Below are positions 27,304-40,600 of a stretch of DNA of 64,000 nt, one piece after another (within the stretch, counting starts at the first letter, position 1; each line of letters begins with the position of its first letter). The position numbers and the translations under genes are program-made. A model generated the notes under the pieces. The model saw only the letters and a program-made list of their open reading frames with translations. It ran no database searches and was not told where the DNA came from. Origin of the DNA: Balanoglossus misakiensis (Eukaryota > Animalia > Hemichordata); assembly GCA_040954595.2 (NCBI GenBank), contig CM082584.2, positions 8,819,146 through 8,883,145 on the forward strand, in the 5' to 3' direction.

Positions 27304-30300
27304 ATGGATGACGATTATGACATTCTGACGTCGCCTACCTGCGGGCCCAGGCCAGCGCATTTGCAGCGGCGCCGAAGCAGCGGTGGTTGCGATCGATTTA
27401 TTCCAACGAGGTCAAACTTGGACGTCGATTTGGCTCATTTTCAGTTGCTGTACGGGTTCTCGCCCGAGGTGCAGAACAGACGACACCAGTCACTTGACTC
27501 GGCAAAAGAAACGGTACGTATGGGGAGTAATTGGTCATGCAACTTGGTATTTGAAAACTATTTGTATTGCACTTCCAAAGAAGCTGGTTCAGGTTCCATA
27601 ATTTAATTAACCCACGGACAACCATTTCAGTGGAATGAAAATAAAAAGAATTCAGAATTGATTTTTTTGTGCGTTTAAAATTTTTCAAAGTGTCATAAAA
27701 ATATATGAAAGGTTAACGCTTTGAAAGGAAATACCAGGCGATTTGGTGGGGTCAGGTCTAGAAAAAAAAATATTCCCCGTTCAAGATTTTTTTTCTTACA
27801 CCTGCACATGTCACGCTCAGCCTGAAAATTTTCGCCGTCGGCTCCGAGAAAGAAGAGGCAGCAATTCGGACACGAATAAACTACTGAATTTCAACGATGT
27901 GCGGATGCAAGGTACTTTTACTTTTTTTGTCTCGATATTACAAAATTATTTTAAAAGTTGGGTTGAACCAAATTGGTAATTTTATTAAATATTCAGACAC
28001 GGGGTCTATAATTTACATATTAATAAATTGTCAAATTATCGTTTCCTGATTACCTTAATCTTGAAAGGAGATGACCCCCCCCCCCCTCCCAAAAAAACAC
28101 ATTAAGCGTGAGCGGCTTTTGTCCCTATATATTATCATGTGAACATTTTATCTCAATCCACCAGATGGTGCCAGTGGGGGCGTCTTTTCTCCTGGCGACC
28201 GACAGAAAGTAATGTTGACGTCATCAAGAAAGTTCGTGGACCGAAGCGAAGATGTTGTCCAATTTACTGACAACGCCGTGGACACTATGAACGTCAACCC
28301 AAATGAAGGCAAGTGTATATACCCGGGAGCATAACTTTTCAGAAAATCTTACAGGCATGTTGTTTTCTGCACGAACATCGTTTGGTGGTTTATTGCATTT
28401 GTTTCATGGAAAAAAATCATATATTGCGAATTTTTCAATACAGGCAAATGTTTTGATATCAGCTGCCAGAATACCGCAGCAATTGGCATCGATGACGCTG
28501 TATGGGTTTGCAGCTCATTGGTGGACACGACCAGAAACTTTGACGTGTTGGCTTTTAATCACGATTGTTGCTGCATGTGTCTGGCATGGAGCCCCGATGG
28601 AAACAAATTGGTTGTTGGAACTTCTCATGGCGAGATAAAGGTAGTATGGGACCGTTCATATTAAGTTGTCGCTTACTGGCAATTTTAACATTTTGAATGT
28701 TTTTATTCAAATTTTATTACATGCAGTTACTTTCTTTTCCAAACAATTAATTTGTGACCCCAAAGTCCCTTATTTGCAATTTGACATCTTCTTAATTACA
28801 TTTATTTGCATGTCGTGATGTTTTGCATGTCGCACCATATTTCAGGTGATAGATATCCGCACACGGGAATGTATACGTTGTTATGGAAACTTGTCACCTG
28901 ATGACTTTCCTGTGTCGCTGTCTTGGAGTAACAATACCTTTTGCGGGTAAGCGCAATCAATCTAGGGTCATGTGTTATTTTTGCAAAAAAAAGAGAAGAC
29001 ATAAACAGTTGAAATTACTCCGAGATGTTAACAATCTCTGTACGCATGTCATCATCTATTTACCTTTTTTTTTTCAAACTGCCATGAAGTTTTTGTCATA
29101 CAGCGAAAGTTAACTATAAGCTAAAGTTTATTTCAACAAAAATGAAACAAATGGCAAAATTGAAAGATTTATCATCGGATTTTCCTTCTAGTAATAAGTC
29201 ATAGTGGTTTCTTGAACAGTAACCAAAAGGTGTGCCGTGAGGCTAAAACTCCTAATGCTTTGATTTTCCTAAAGGGGTTCACATCTTGGATATGTTTGGA
29301 TAACCGACGTTCGCCATCCAGGCACAGAGGTGCAGAGATTGCAATGTGACAAGAATGCCAGACAGGGGAGACCGGCACTCGACGAAATAACGACTGTGAA
29401 ATATTCGCCAGATGGCTGTCACATTGCCTGCGGAGACGCTCAAGGAAACCTCGCCATTTGGGATTGTAATAACAACCACGAATCGGTGATGAAGAAGAAA
29501 GTGGTCGTGGATTTCCCATGTGAGGTAACGATAGCCGTCTACTAGTATCTGTCCGCCATTTTGTTTCAAATGATTCAATGTTGCAAAATCACGCAAGACC
29601 ACGCGGGAACTTTCAAAATCCGTACATGTTCATTTCATTTTCAGCACGGTGTTCGTGATATCACGTGGGATCCTCTACAACCGAATTTGTTGGCTGCCGG
29701 AGTTGGATCACGTGAGGGCAAGGGATCGATTGTCATGTGGAATGCATCCCTAGGGCTGAGAAAAAAGAGCTTCCCATCCGAATCGCAGGTGAGCAATGAT
29801 TATTGTCTTCGGGGTTTTAAAACCTAAATGAAATAAAACACACATAACCGCAAAGCAAGCACGACCAAAGTCGGTTTTCCGAGACATTGGCTGTAATATT
29901 AAAAACCATCCCTGTTTTCTCATTCCCACGCCAGGTCAATTCGCTTGCTTGGAGCAAAGTTAACAATGAGATCATATCAGGGCATGGGGAGCAAGAAAAA
30001 TGCGTCATAATTTGGAAGTACCCGTCCATGAGAAAGATCTTCCAGTTTAATGGCCATACATCGCCCGTAGGAAAAGTAGTCACCGATTCCGAAAACAGTC
30101 ACATCTGTAAGCATTCTGTGGAGGGGCAAATTCAAAATTGGGAATTTGACTTTTAAAATGGCAACTGCTTGTCAAAGAATGATTTTTTTTTTTTGCAATC
30201 GTACCGTCTGCCGTTTTGAATATCACCAAGGATAACCTTTTGTTCACTCATCCTGCCTGTAGCTGTAGCATAGTGCTATGCTACATGCTTTCATCGCTCG

Positions 30301-30597
30301 TACTCTGAGCGCCTCACAAAGCATGGTGTGGGGAGCTCGAATATTGGCCTTACTTATTCTGTGGTAACATACTCGAATTTTACCCCCAAAACTAAAGGCT
30401 TTAGACCGTAGGCCAATTTGACATTAAACGTTTGATACTGTCTTTTCCTCTCTACAGATTCGTTATCGGAAAATGGAACGCTTCGCAACTGGAAATACCC
30501 GAGAGCTGTGACGAGAACAAGATCTCGGTCGATCGCAGGAACCATGCGAAGTCCACCGTCGCTTTTCAGTATGGATCTCGGCAGTTGCATACGATAG
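27304..30597 (+). CDS. Divergent CDC20/Fizzy-family WD40 APC/C co-activator-like protein, ~482 aa
   Basis: Nine exons in phase: 27304-27513 (C-box DRFIPTR), 27821-27911 (KLLNF, KILR-like), 28165-28308, 28444-28640, 28846-28946, 29275-29524, 29645-29788, 29935-30106 (EIISGHG...IWKYPSM...GHTS), 30458-30597 (TLRNW...LGSCIR*, IR tail). Intron 3 is GC-AG. Confidence 0.9.
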
Positions 30598-31691
30598 GAT
30601 GAATGGAAACGGTACTGCTCTCGTTCTCATCGGCTACACTTGCAGTGGAGTGCCCAGGCTGGAAATCTAATGCCACCTTATGACATGTTTACTGCTGACG
30701 CAGGACACATGCTTCGAACGCTGGCAAAGTCATTGGCGTCCCGAACGGAATTTTCTCTCGACTACAACGCCAGAGGTGGTAGCAATTACAAGAAATTAAC
30801 TCTGTACCCTGTGGGTCCTGCTCACTGACCATAAAATAGACTCTGTATATATTTTTTCCTTCAAGAGTAAATTATTTAGTAGATGTGCTGTTTGATATTT
30901 TCAAATTCGTCGACTGAAAATCAGAAATAATAACTTGTGCAATTTCTAGGTCGTTTCACTAACCTATTTGGAAACATGTGTAACAAATCGTATCGTTATT
31001 TAACTTCGAACCCCGAGACCTCTGCAAAGCATGTTTCATTTAGATGTTTTGACTAATGAAATCCGTTTAGAAGTACCTCAATGTACAAGATGTATATAGT
31101 TTGCTGTTCATCTAATACAGTTTTTCAAATGTGCTTTAGATGGTGTTCAGAGTTTTTTGTAAATGGCATATTTTTTCAATACCTATATTTATCGTTGATT
31201 TTGTTATATCCACTGTTCTTGAATTATATTCATCTTCGAAGGGAGTTCCTTCCTGTTCCTCATTAGTATTTTAGTGAGTTGAATAAACAAAGGAAGTAGC
31301 CTCCAATCAGTCTCTGTGGTAGTTTTTTGCACACATTTCAATCAATCAATCATTTATGATGACGACCATTTGATCTGCAATGGGGTTATTCCGCCAAGTG
31401 CCAGGCTAAAATTGACTAGAAGACCAAAATGTGACGATTTTGCAATTTATCGACATGAAATGCCCCGATGTGGCTGTAAAATCATTTCCCTGTTTCCCTT
31501 ATTGCACGAATTTTAGTCGATCAGCAAGCATGTTAAAAACCATGAACCATGTGTAATCCCAAACAGTTCTTATGCACGACCGACAGAGAATATTGTTTAT
31601 AAAACATGTAAATCGTACGAATTTCTTATAAATAAAACTTTCTTGATGTCTCTTTATGACCAATATTTTCGAACATCCTTGATAAAAGTCT

Positions 31692-34600
31692 CTACACGTA
31701 AATAGCACCCTCATCGTCCTCTTTAAAGTTCAAGTTTATGAAATACTTTTGGCCTGCTTCCGTGAGCGTCCTGTTTCCCGACAAACTCCCGATACCATTT
31801 GGTGTTTTATCCACAACAGGCGAGGTGTTGTTGTTGGCAACTTGAACTCCAGTGTCTTTCGTTTCCACGGCTTTCAATCCTTCCTTATTGCCATGGCAAC
31901 ACACTTCAGTCATAGAGTTCTCAAGTGTCGTCTCCTTATTGCTCGAACATTGTCGATGTCTCTCGATTTCTTCTGAGAGTTTCTTGATTTGAACGTCTTT
32001 CTGTTTGTTTTAAAACGAAAGACGAGAGGCAGTAAAGTGTAATGTTAATTACGCTTACATTTTCAAGTCATGAACAAGCAAGAGATCTAGCCATGTGGCC
32101 CACGGTATTGTCATTTCCAGGTGGCGGTAAAACAACAGGGCAGCATCCAGTCGTCACCTGCACCACGTTGCCCGTCAGCTGGAAATTTGAATACCAACGT
32201 TACGTAACTGTGTCTGACTGCGTCTGACGTCATTTGATATGTGTCAAACGAAAAATGTACGATACTCACCTTTGATAACGTGCATCTCATGGCTGCCAAC
32301 TGTGTTGCCAAATCGTCCAATTCCCCAGTAGTTTCGGAGTCTTTTTTCCTCAGTGCATCCATACTCTGATGCACACTAAGGCCTTCTCGTACCCGTTTAC
32401 GTTTTATTTCCACAGCTTTTGGGTCCGCGATTATGACTTTAACCTGAAATAAATACACATGGCGATGTTCAATAGGTTTTTGTGAGGGAGCCTTTAATTA
32501 TAACGAGGGGGCTGGGCTAAAGAAATCGGAGGATGGTCACATTTTACGTGATCGACCAACCCAAACCCCCCTTAAAACGAATAAAACTCCCCTAGGTGCT
32601 ATGGCCAATCAAAACAAGCGATTTCAACATCTAAGATGGCAGTTAAATTTGGATTACCAATACAGTGCGTGCCCAGCTCTTACCTTTGGCAGAAATATGA
32701 GGAAAATGGTGAATGTTGTTGATAATACTATTATAATAGCTGTAAAACCGTAGGTCAGGGTCGGGTTGTCCTTCACAGCGAGGTTCACTGTCATCCCAAG
32801 TACAACAAGAACCACAATGTTGTACACAGACACGCATATTTGTCTAGAAAGAAAAGCCAAATGTTAGGATGAAAAAAAACACAAGTAATGACAAACGGTA
32901 TGAATTTAATGATGCCTATATTCAATGTAATATTGAAGAGAATGTACATTTTGATCTGTCGAGTTTTGGGACTGTGTAGACACGGGAGTACAACTTACTT
33001 CGAATCATTCAACCCTTCCACACACACGTTCCTCGTTTCGTAGGCCAGGAAACATCCGAAAATGAGCAGTAACCCCTTTTCAACGTAGATAGCGCCTAAC
33101 CAATAGAAGGTGTACTTGCATTGGCACGTCTCGATTCGGTACACCACTGCCATGTCACCTGTTATCTGATAATAATACACCACAGACAAATATATGTATA
33201 GAGATTGGTATTCTTTCAAACAATAACCAACACAGTATACAGAATGTTAAGAGTAAAAGGTAGGCATACCTGTGTTGTTAAATTCTTGACTGTTACTGTG
33301 GCTGGATCCACGGCGTGCCACGTGGACAGAATAACAATGTCGATAACGAGGAGAATACCAACAAATCCCATCAAATGAGTGTCTTGTAGGGCCTACAATA
33401 GAAAAACACAGAAGAATATACATTTGTTATAAAAACGTATAAAAACGATAGTCTTATACGCCGTGGAAAGGGACGCCAACGTGGACTATTCGAACTCGAC
33501 GGACACGATGAAAACATCTAGAGGTCAAAGTTCAACTTGCAAGTCTTTCGCGAGCGCTAGCAACAAAGCACCAATCTTTTTGCATCGGTGGGGGAAATGC
33601 CAACCTTACCTGTCGCTTGTGGATTTTGTTGGTGAAAATTTTATAAACCCTCCACGTCTTGGCAAACATCGCCCCGAACGAAAGAGTGAAAGATGTAATC
33701 AGCAGCCACGTGTCTATCTGAAAGCAGAGAGATCATGATAAGCGCTAAGTCACTTATATCGTCGCACGAATAATTCATTCTAAACCACAGAACGTTTTCA
33801 AATGGCAATATTTACTCACTGTGCACAAGACATTGGCGAATTCGGTGTCCGAGTCGCCGTTCAGTCCGTAAACGATGACAGTCATATAAGCTAAAATAGA
33901 TCCAACTATGATCATATTGTTTAACCTCGGCGAAGACATCCGAATATACCTATAAAAGAAGGAAGAACGATATAAAAATGTATACATGTACATCACTTTG
34001 CTCCTGGTATATGGAACGATTGTGACGAATGTCATATTATGTGAGCATATTTGGAAGGTATAAAAGATCAAACGCCCATCATTTTCTACAGAGGCAATTT
34101 CTGGCTGTAGATAAGACAAGTCCATCTTGTTTTGACACCAAGTCACATTCCTGTAATTCTCAATTACTGGCCAAAACACCTAAAAGTACCAGAAGAAAGA
34201 GCACGTGTAATCACTTACGCATGTTTTCTAAAAATAATATTTACAACAAGGAAGCCGAGCGCCACCAGTAGGCCAATCGATGCCAGTGCACAAGCCGTGT
34301 AAAAGAGAGGCGGGGATATTCTCAGGTCTTCTATGTACCACGTGAGACCATCCACGGGAGGGGCGCCACCTGTCGGTTTAATAAATTAAAATCGTAATAC
34401 TTGATAACAATATTTAAATAAAATAGAATTTCAAGTCCTCGAGTCTTCTTAAATTAACGGCCTTCTGTAATCTGATGCGAGGCGCCGAATGCCTAATACG
34501 CACGCGCCAGTACAACAGAAGAGACTTCAGCTTACCTTTCCACTGAAATTGATACCTGTCGCTGAACTTCAGGGTGGCCGATGCATCGAGATACTGGGCC

Positions 34601-37600
34601 ACTGTGACTCGGCGACCTCCTAAACATAAACTGACACAAACATTGCTTTAGTAATCGAACCTCCACGTGTTCTGTAGAAACAATTACTGATCGCAGACTG
34701 GTCTTGTTATCGGCACACGATTAGGGGCCTGTGATGGCACTCGCTTACCTTGTGTTTGGTCGATCTTGACCACGCCCTGTCGTTCTCGGTTTTGATTGAA
34801 CTGCAGAGGACCCTGATTTTTTGAAGCAAATAATTATTAAGATTAATAGTTTAATTGGTGTTGACAGTTTGAAAAAAAGGGAACGGCATGCATCAAACGA
34901 CCAACTAATCGAGCGACTCGCTGTTCACTCATGACCACATACGAACACCTATTCGGCACGTGACCCATTCACAATTAGGATATTGTTACCATGGTGACTT
35001 ACGGTGACGCCATGGAAGGACAGCTCCAGCATCTCTCGTTCAAAGACACGCAGAATATCATCGTCATCGTAAGAAAAATCTTCGAGTCTCTTGTATCTGA
35101 TGAAGGTTCCGTTGCTGTCTCGGATTTCCTGGAAGTTAACGATGTACAGGATGGAAAATCAGGGATGGTCGAGTCATTCTGAGAAATGTTGTGTCCGAAT
35201 TAAACTCTTCGCCACCAGAACGCCCAATTCACCTGAAGCCTAAACAAGACCAACTTACCTGTCTCTCAATTTCTTGCCTGCTGTTATTCAACGCCAAGGC
35301 AACCACCCAGACGGAATCATATCCGGGCGGCGCCCATTCATTGGTTCCATACTCAGAGGTGCTCGGCCAATTCAAATAACGTTCATTATAAACGTCCATG
35401 TTCTGAGAAAGACAAAGGTTACACTCATTCGTTGTTTCCTAATGTCCTTATTACAGTAACATCAAATCCAAGCAAAAACAAACACTAAACAAAACATAAA
35501 ACAAAAGGTGAATTCAATGTGAAGTTACCGAGCCAGATATTGTAGTTTCGTTGCTCATGTCATACAAAAGCTGAATGGTCGAAATGGCGCCATCCACGGC
35601 CTCTGACATCTGCTCGGCGGAGCAATCGGTGTCTTCGATTTGGTACCAAGATTCCTCGTACCAGCCTGACACTATGAGCCACACGTACTTAGCGCCGTAA
35701 ACACCTTGCTTATATCCCTGAAAGTGGAAACACAAGGCCCGTTAGATGGCATTAGATGGTTTATTTGGCAAGTTCCAGTTGATCACCATCGCAACCCTTC
35801 TTTGTGATGGTTCTGCGCTAATGCATTATAATGTGCCGCAGCAAAACAGGATTTGGTTTTAATACGGCCAATAATCAAGTCTATGAGATGAGTTTTTATA
35901 ATGGAAATGCATCAGCTCAGCAGATAATAAAGTGGAAATTTCACCCATCAAATCAGTAATTACCTCGCAGAAAGCCTTCCTGGTCTTGTCTTCGTATCCC
36001 ATTACCAGAATAATGCGGACGTCGTTCTTCTGTAAAAGCAAAACAGGAGAAATGGGTCATTTTATAATTAACTGGAAAGTGATTGGCATTAATTCACAGT
36101 TTCTACACTAAGAAGGTCAATCGCGGTTGTCACAGATCAAGGCACGTTCATTACGTGGAGATAATTTACACATTAACACTTCTAAACTTTAACTTGTGGT
36201 CAAAACCAAACTTTGTGCTATAAATTGCCGTATACAAGGCGCGAATTTCAATATTGCTCTTGGCATAACCATCGGGGTGTCATGGGATGACGTCATGAAC
36301 GGCATACCTTAATTGACTCCACCTGATGAACCGGATAATCATTAAAACTCTCCGACAAAATGACATCTACGCCATCCGCTCTGAGAATCTCCAAAATATG
36401 GTCCTTGCCCTGTGGGTGAGGAGCGAGAGGAGAAAGAGAGGGAATGGAGAGAGAGAGTTACTAAAATTCCAAACGAAATGAGTCAGTGGGTTATTTTTAC
36501 GTCTCAAGATCTTGCCTAAGTATTGCAAAAAATTACAAAGGAAGATGCACTATGGCTAAATTTTAATAGATGGCAGTTTACATCATACCAACTGATTGCA
36601 ACATCTGGAGATACGTATAAATTTTAATAGGTGGCAAATAGGCGATCCGCGCGCGTCAGTACCGCACTGCATCACGTGACAAAACAACGGAAAATGGATA
36701 ACAGTGGTTCTCATTTCAAGGGTCGCTGCTTGGCCAGATACGGTTTATTTTCCGGATCAACGATCTGTCATTCTTTGGCGAGCCATAACATTGTGCGTGT
36801 ATGATAGACCTCCACTCTGGTAATTCGAAATGTACAAGGCCATTATTTCAATGAATACTGCGCGTAATTTCAATTTCAATTTCAATTTCATGCTTATCTT
36901 GTTGATTATTTGTAGAAATGTATATTTGTGACTGGGTCGCATGCACTTTGAATGCCGTGAACTCGACACACTTCACATCGGAGTTACCGAGGTACTCACC
37001 TTTGCAAAAAAGAGCGTGTCGTGATAAAGGACAGCAACTCGCCTCCATCCAAAGTGACGTAAAAGGGTGATATACGGCGGATTTAGTCCCAAGTCAGACT
37101 GTATCACCTGGAAAAACAGCGGGAAGCGACTCTTGTCCGACAGCTCTCCTGATGTCGAGAAAGAAGCCTAGGTGAAAAAAAAAAACAGTTGTCCGACTAA
37201 ACATTTCTTGGACTTTGTGTGGCATGCGTTTTTGTGAATATTTAAAAGTTTTTCGTTGTGTTATAATTACATGAAGTTCTGTGTAGAATCATTTGAAACT
37301 GAACAACTGGAAGATCTGGCAATACTGATACTGGAAAAGTTGACTCACCTGAAGCAAGTTGTAGTAATGCGCCGAATTGGCGACTGGGACAGACGCTATG
37401 GAGCAGCCACTGCCCAGGATCATAAGTTTGGTCGGTTTTTCGGTCAGGTGCTTGAACAGGAGAGCCGTCGCCACTCCGGGATCACACTGCGAACGAGGAC
37501 ACAAGTCGAAAGGTGAGTAAGCGCCTATTTAATGCATGAACGAAAATTAGATAGAGAAGGAGAGAGAGAGAGTGAGAGAGAGTTTGGGAGAGAGGGAGAA

Positions 37601-40600
37601 AGAGAGAGAGAGAGGGGGGGGGCAAGGACGGTTAAAAATCAGTATTGATTTCCTCAGTACAACTGTACAATTATGAATCTCCAGTCACGTGTATTCACTC
37701 TATATCCTTTGTGAACTTTGACAAAGCCCGCAAAACAACCTAGAGCACTTTATCAACATACTAACCTATTAGAATATTTGAGGCGCGGAAACCTTAAATT
37801 TAATAATACAATGCCATGGCAACGTCGTACACAAGATAATTAAATCTGCGCATTTAAAGACTTGAAGTTATAAAACCCAATTTCCATCCTGTATCTTATC
37901 GGCAATATTAGCTTGAATAAATTCCACGTATACAGCTCTTATTAATTGGAATCTATCTTTTAACTATAGTACAATACGACGTGTTTTCACGTTTTATATG
38001 ACAACGTTCCCTTCTCCACACAAGGTGTAATTAATTTTATTTGTGCTATTGGTGTGGTTTGAAATATTTTTGACATTGCCTGAGGATTTTACCATTTTAT
38101 TTTCAAAGGACATTATTCTCATTAATGAGAGATTCGTTCTAATTGACATGCGGGTTTTCATGTAAATATGGACGAAATGTATTTTTCGATCTGACATATT
38201 CGGAATCCATTTCAATTTAGAGCGTATCTTTCGGGAATTCATTATTTCTCAGATTGGAGAATTAATTGTATATTACTTTTATGAACGTGAGACGTCTGCG
38301 TTTGCAGTCTATTCTTCCAATTCAAAATTGTAGAAATGGCATAAAGCAAAAATTACAGTATTTCCAACACGGGTATGAGCTTCATCGCCCCAGTAAAATA
38401 TTGATGACGATGACGACGACGAAGAAGAGTTGATGATGACAGTGATAATGATGATGGTGGTGACGACGACGACCACTACCACCACCACCGTCATCAAAGG
38501 ACGTTTTCAAAACTTGGTACCTCGTATTGATAAAATCAGCCTTCTTTGGGCAAAAATCGTCATGTTCTGGCATCATGATTACGTCATTAAATATCTATCG
38601 GTCACCAGGATGTCTGTGGGTGCCGAATAACGACTATTTGAATAGATAATTGCCTCTGAAGTTCTAGTCGCTGCAAATTAGTGGACTGCATATATCGTAA
38701 CGTTGTTATTCAAAAGAAAGGGTGAATCCGTTGCTCATGTAAACATGGCAAAAGGAGAATTTTCTGTCCTTGTTTTGAATTCTCGGAATTCCAGAGTAAT
38801 GACAGAGAAACATCGTCTGCGCCTTCAAGCCAGAACCCATCGAGTCTTCATTTGCTGGTAACCGCACCAGTCTTAAAATAGATAATTTGGAATTGTCGTA
38901 GAGTACCGCTCAAAGTGAAATTTGCCTGCGAAAGACTGGGCTATTATAGTATTTAGTTTAATTGCCAATTAATTGGTGATGCCCGCATAGAGGAATAGAC
39001 GCTGGCAACGTGAGCTGATTAACGGGGTCATGCATGCTGGTGCAGCGCACAAGACTTTCAGATCCGACACTCCTACGCTGGCGCTAAACACACAGAACCC
39101 AACCAACCAATCATAACACTTCTCCGGTGGCAGTTTATTTGGCCGCAGGTCCCTGGCAGAAAACAATATCGTGGGTTACACGGACATTGAAATCGGTTTC
39201 AGAGACTTAAGTACCCTTAATTAACGCTTTTCACCCTTCTCCTTAGAAAAACAAACATCCCTGCACCAACGCATCGACTATCGAAATGTGTTCGAAGTAA
39301 AACAACAATCACGTGATGCATTGTCTTATTGAGTGTCACTCAAAATATGGATTGAAATATAGATTTTTTTCATATTGAACCATCTTTAGAGGATAAAGCT
39401 CCTGGAGGAAAAAAAAACGTGAAATATCGGGAAATCTACCCTTAAGCCGAGTCTTTGTAATTGTGTAAGGAACGTGTGCAAGTGACTGCGAAAGTAGCCT
39501 GAACATTTTGTGCGGAGTTTTGGGTATTTTACGCTGTGTGTTTGTTGACGGTGAATATTAATGATTATATATTAACAATTAATATGAAATCGTGACCTCG
39601 TTCTTTTTAATTTAATAATTATTCAATACGTATGCGATCTCCTCGAGAATTGCAACCCCCAACCGCAGGGACTGTTCAACAAAGAACTCACTCCAAAGAC
39701 TATCCCGATATTTGTGTTTAACCATGATTGGTCGACGTGAACAAATATGTGCACCGTTTTGGTTTTGTTGTTGTTTCAAACCGAGTTGGTATCTTATTTA
39801 CCCGAGAAACACAACACCTGCAAAGGCGACCCCCTTCAAACTACCTGCTCCATATCGCAGGTTCAACGAAGGTCGCTTCTCTCGCATGATTTACTCTCAA
39901 ATTAAACGCCGTCTACTGATCTGTCTTGTCGTTGAAACGCAAATCGTGCCCAGACAAAGTGGGCACATTGTACAGGTATGACTTCAGGCCTGTCGAGTCG
40001 ATATAGATCGGTGGGAAATTCCGCCCCAAGGGGGGAACACACTGATATAGCCGCGTTTATTTGACAATGCGGACTTTCCTAGGATAACAAATTAAAAAGA
40101 ACAACAGACGTCCACACATGTTAGATAATCGCCGTGTTTTCTCGCAGCGAAAAACGGTCAGTGCGTACGTTATTATGATAACTGCTACTGTAACAAATAG
40201 CTGTTTTTTAACTTATCGTGGCGGCTTTTGCAATGTCGGTTGAAATTCGTGATCCCCGGGAAACATTCACTGTACCAACGGAAAGCGGAGAAAGTTGGCG
40301 GGGTTAACGAGCCCTGTCGAATAGATTAGTTTTACCCGAGAAGATTTTTTCGTTGCCGTTCAATCAATGAACGCTCGCCGCACGCTGGTACCTTGTTTTT
40401 AGCTGAAAGAATTCGGTGCAACACCTTAAGGTCTTTCCGGGAATGTGGTTATTTTCACACATCATGGCGATCAAAATACTTTTGGTAAATACGTGCCGTA
40501 AGTGCCGTTTGACAACATATTCATTGGAGCAAGAACGACAACCGGACAGCAAACCCGTGACTCGATTGGAGCCAACCCGTATACATTGACACAAGTTTTT

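Noticed and set aside
27514-30457. miR-34/449 cluster in the introns, as in vertebrate CDC20B
   Set aside because: No TGGCAGTG seed or pre-miRNA-like hairpin seen in any intron of the gene.
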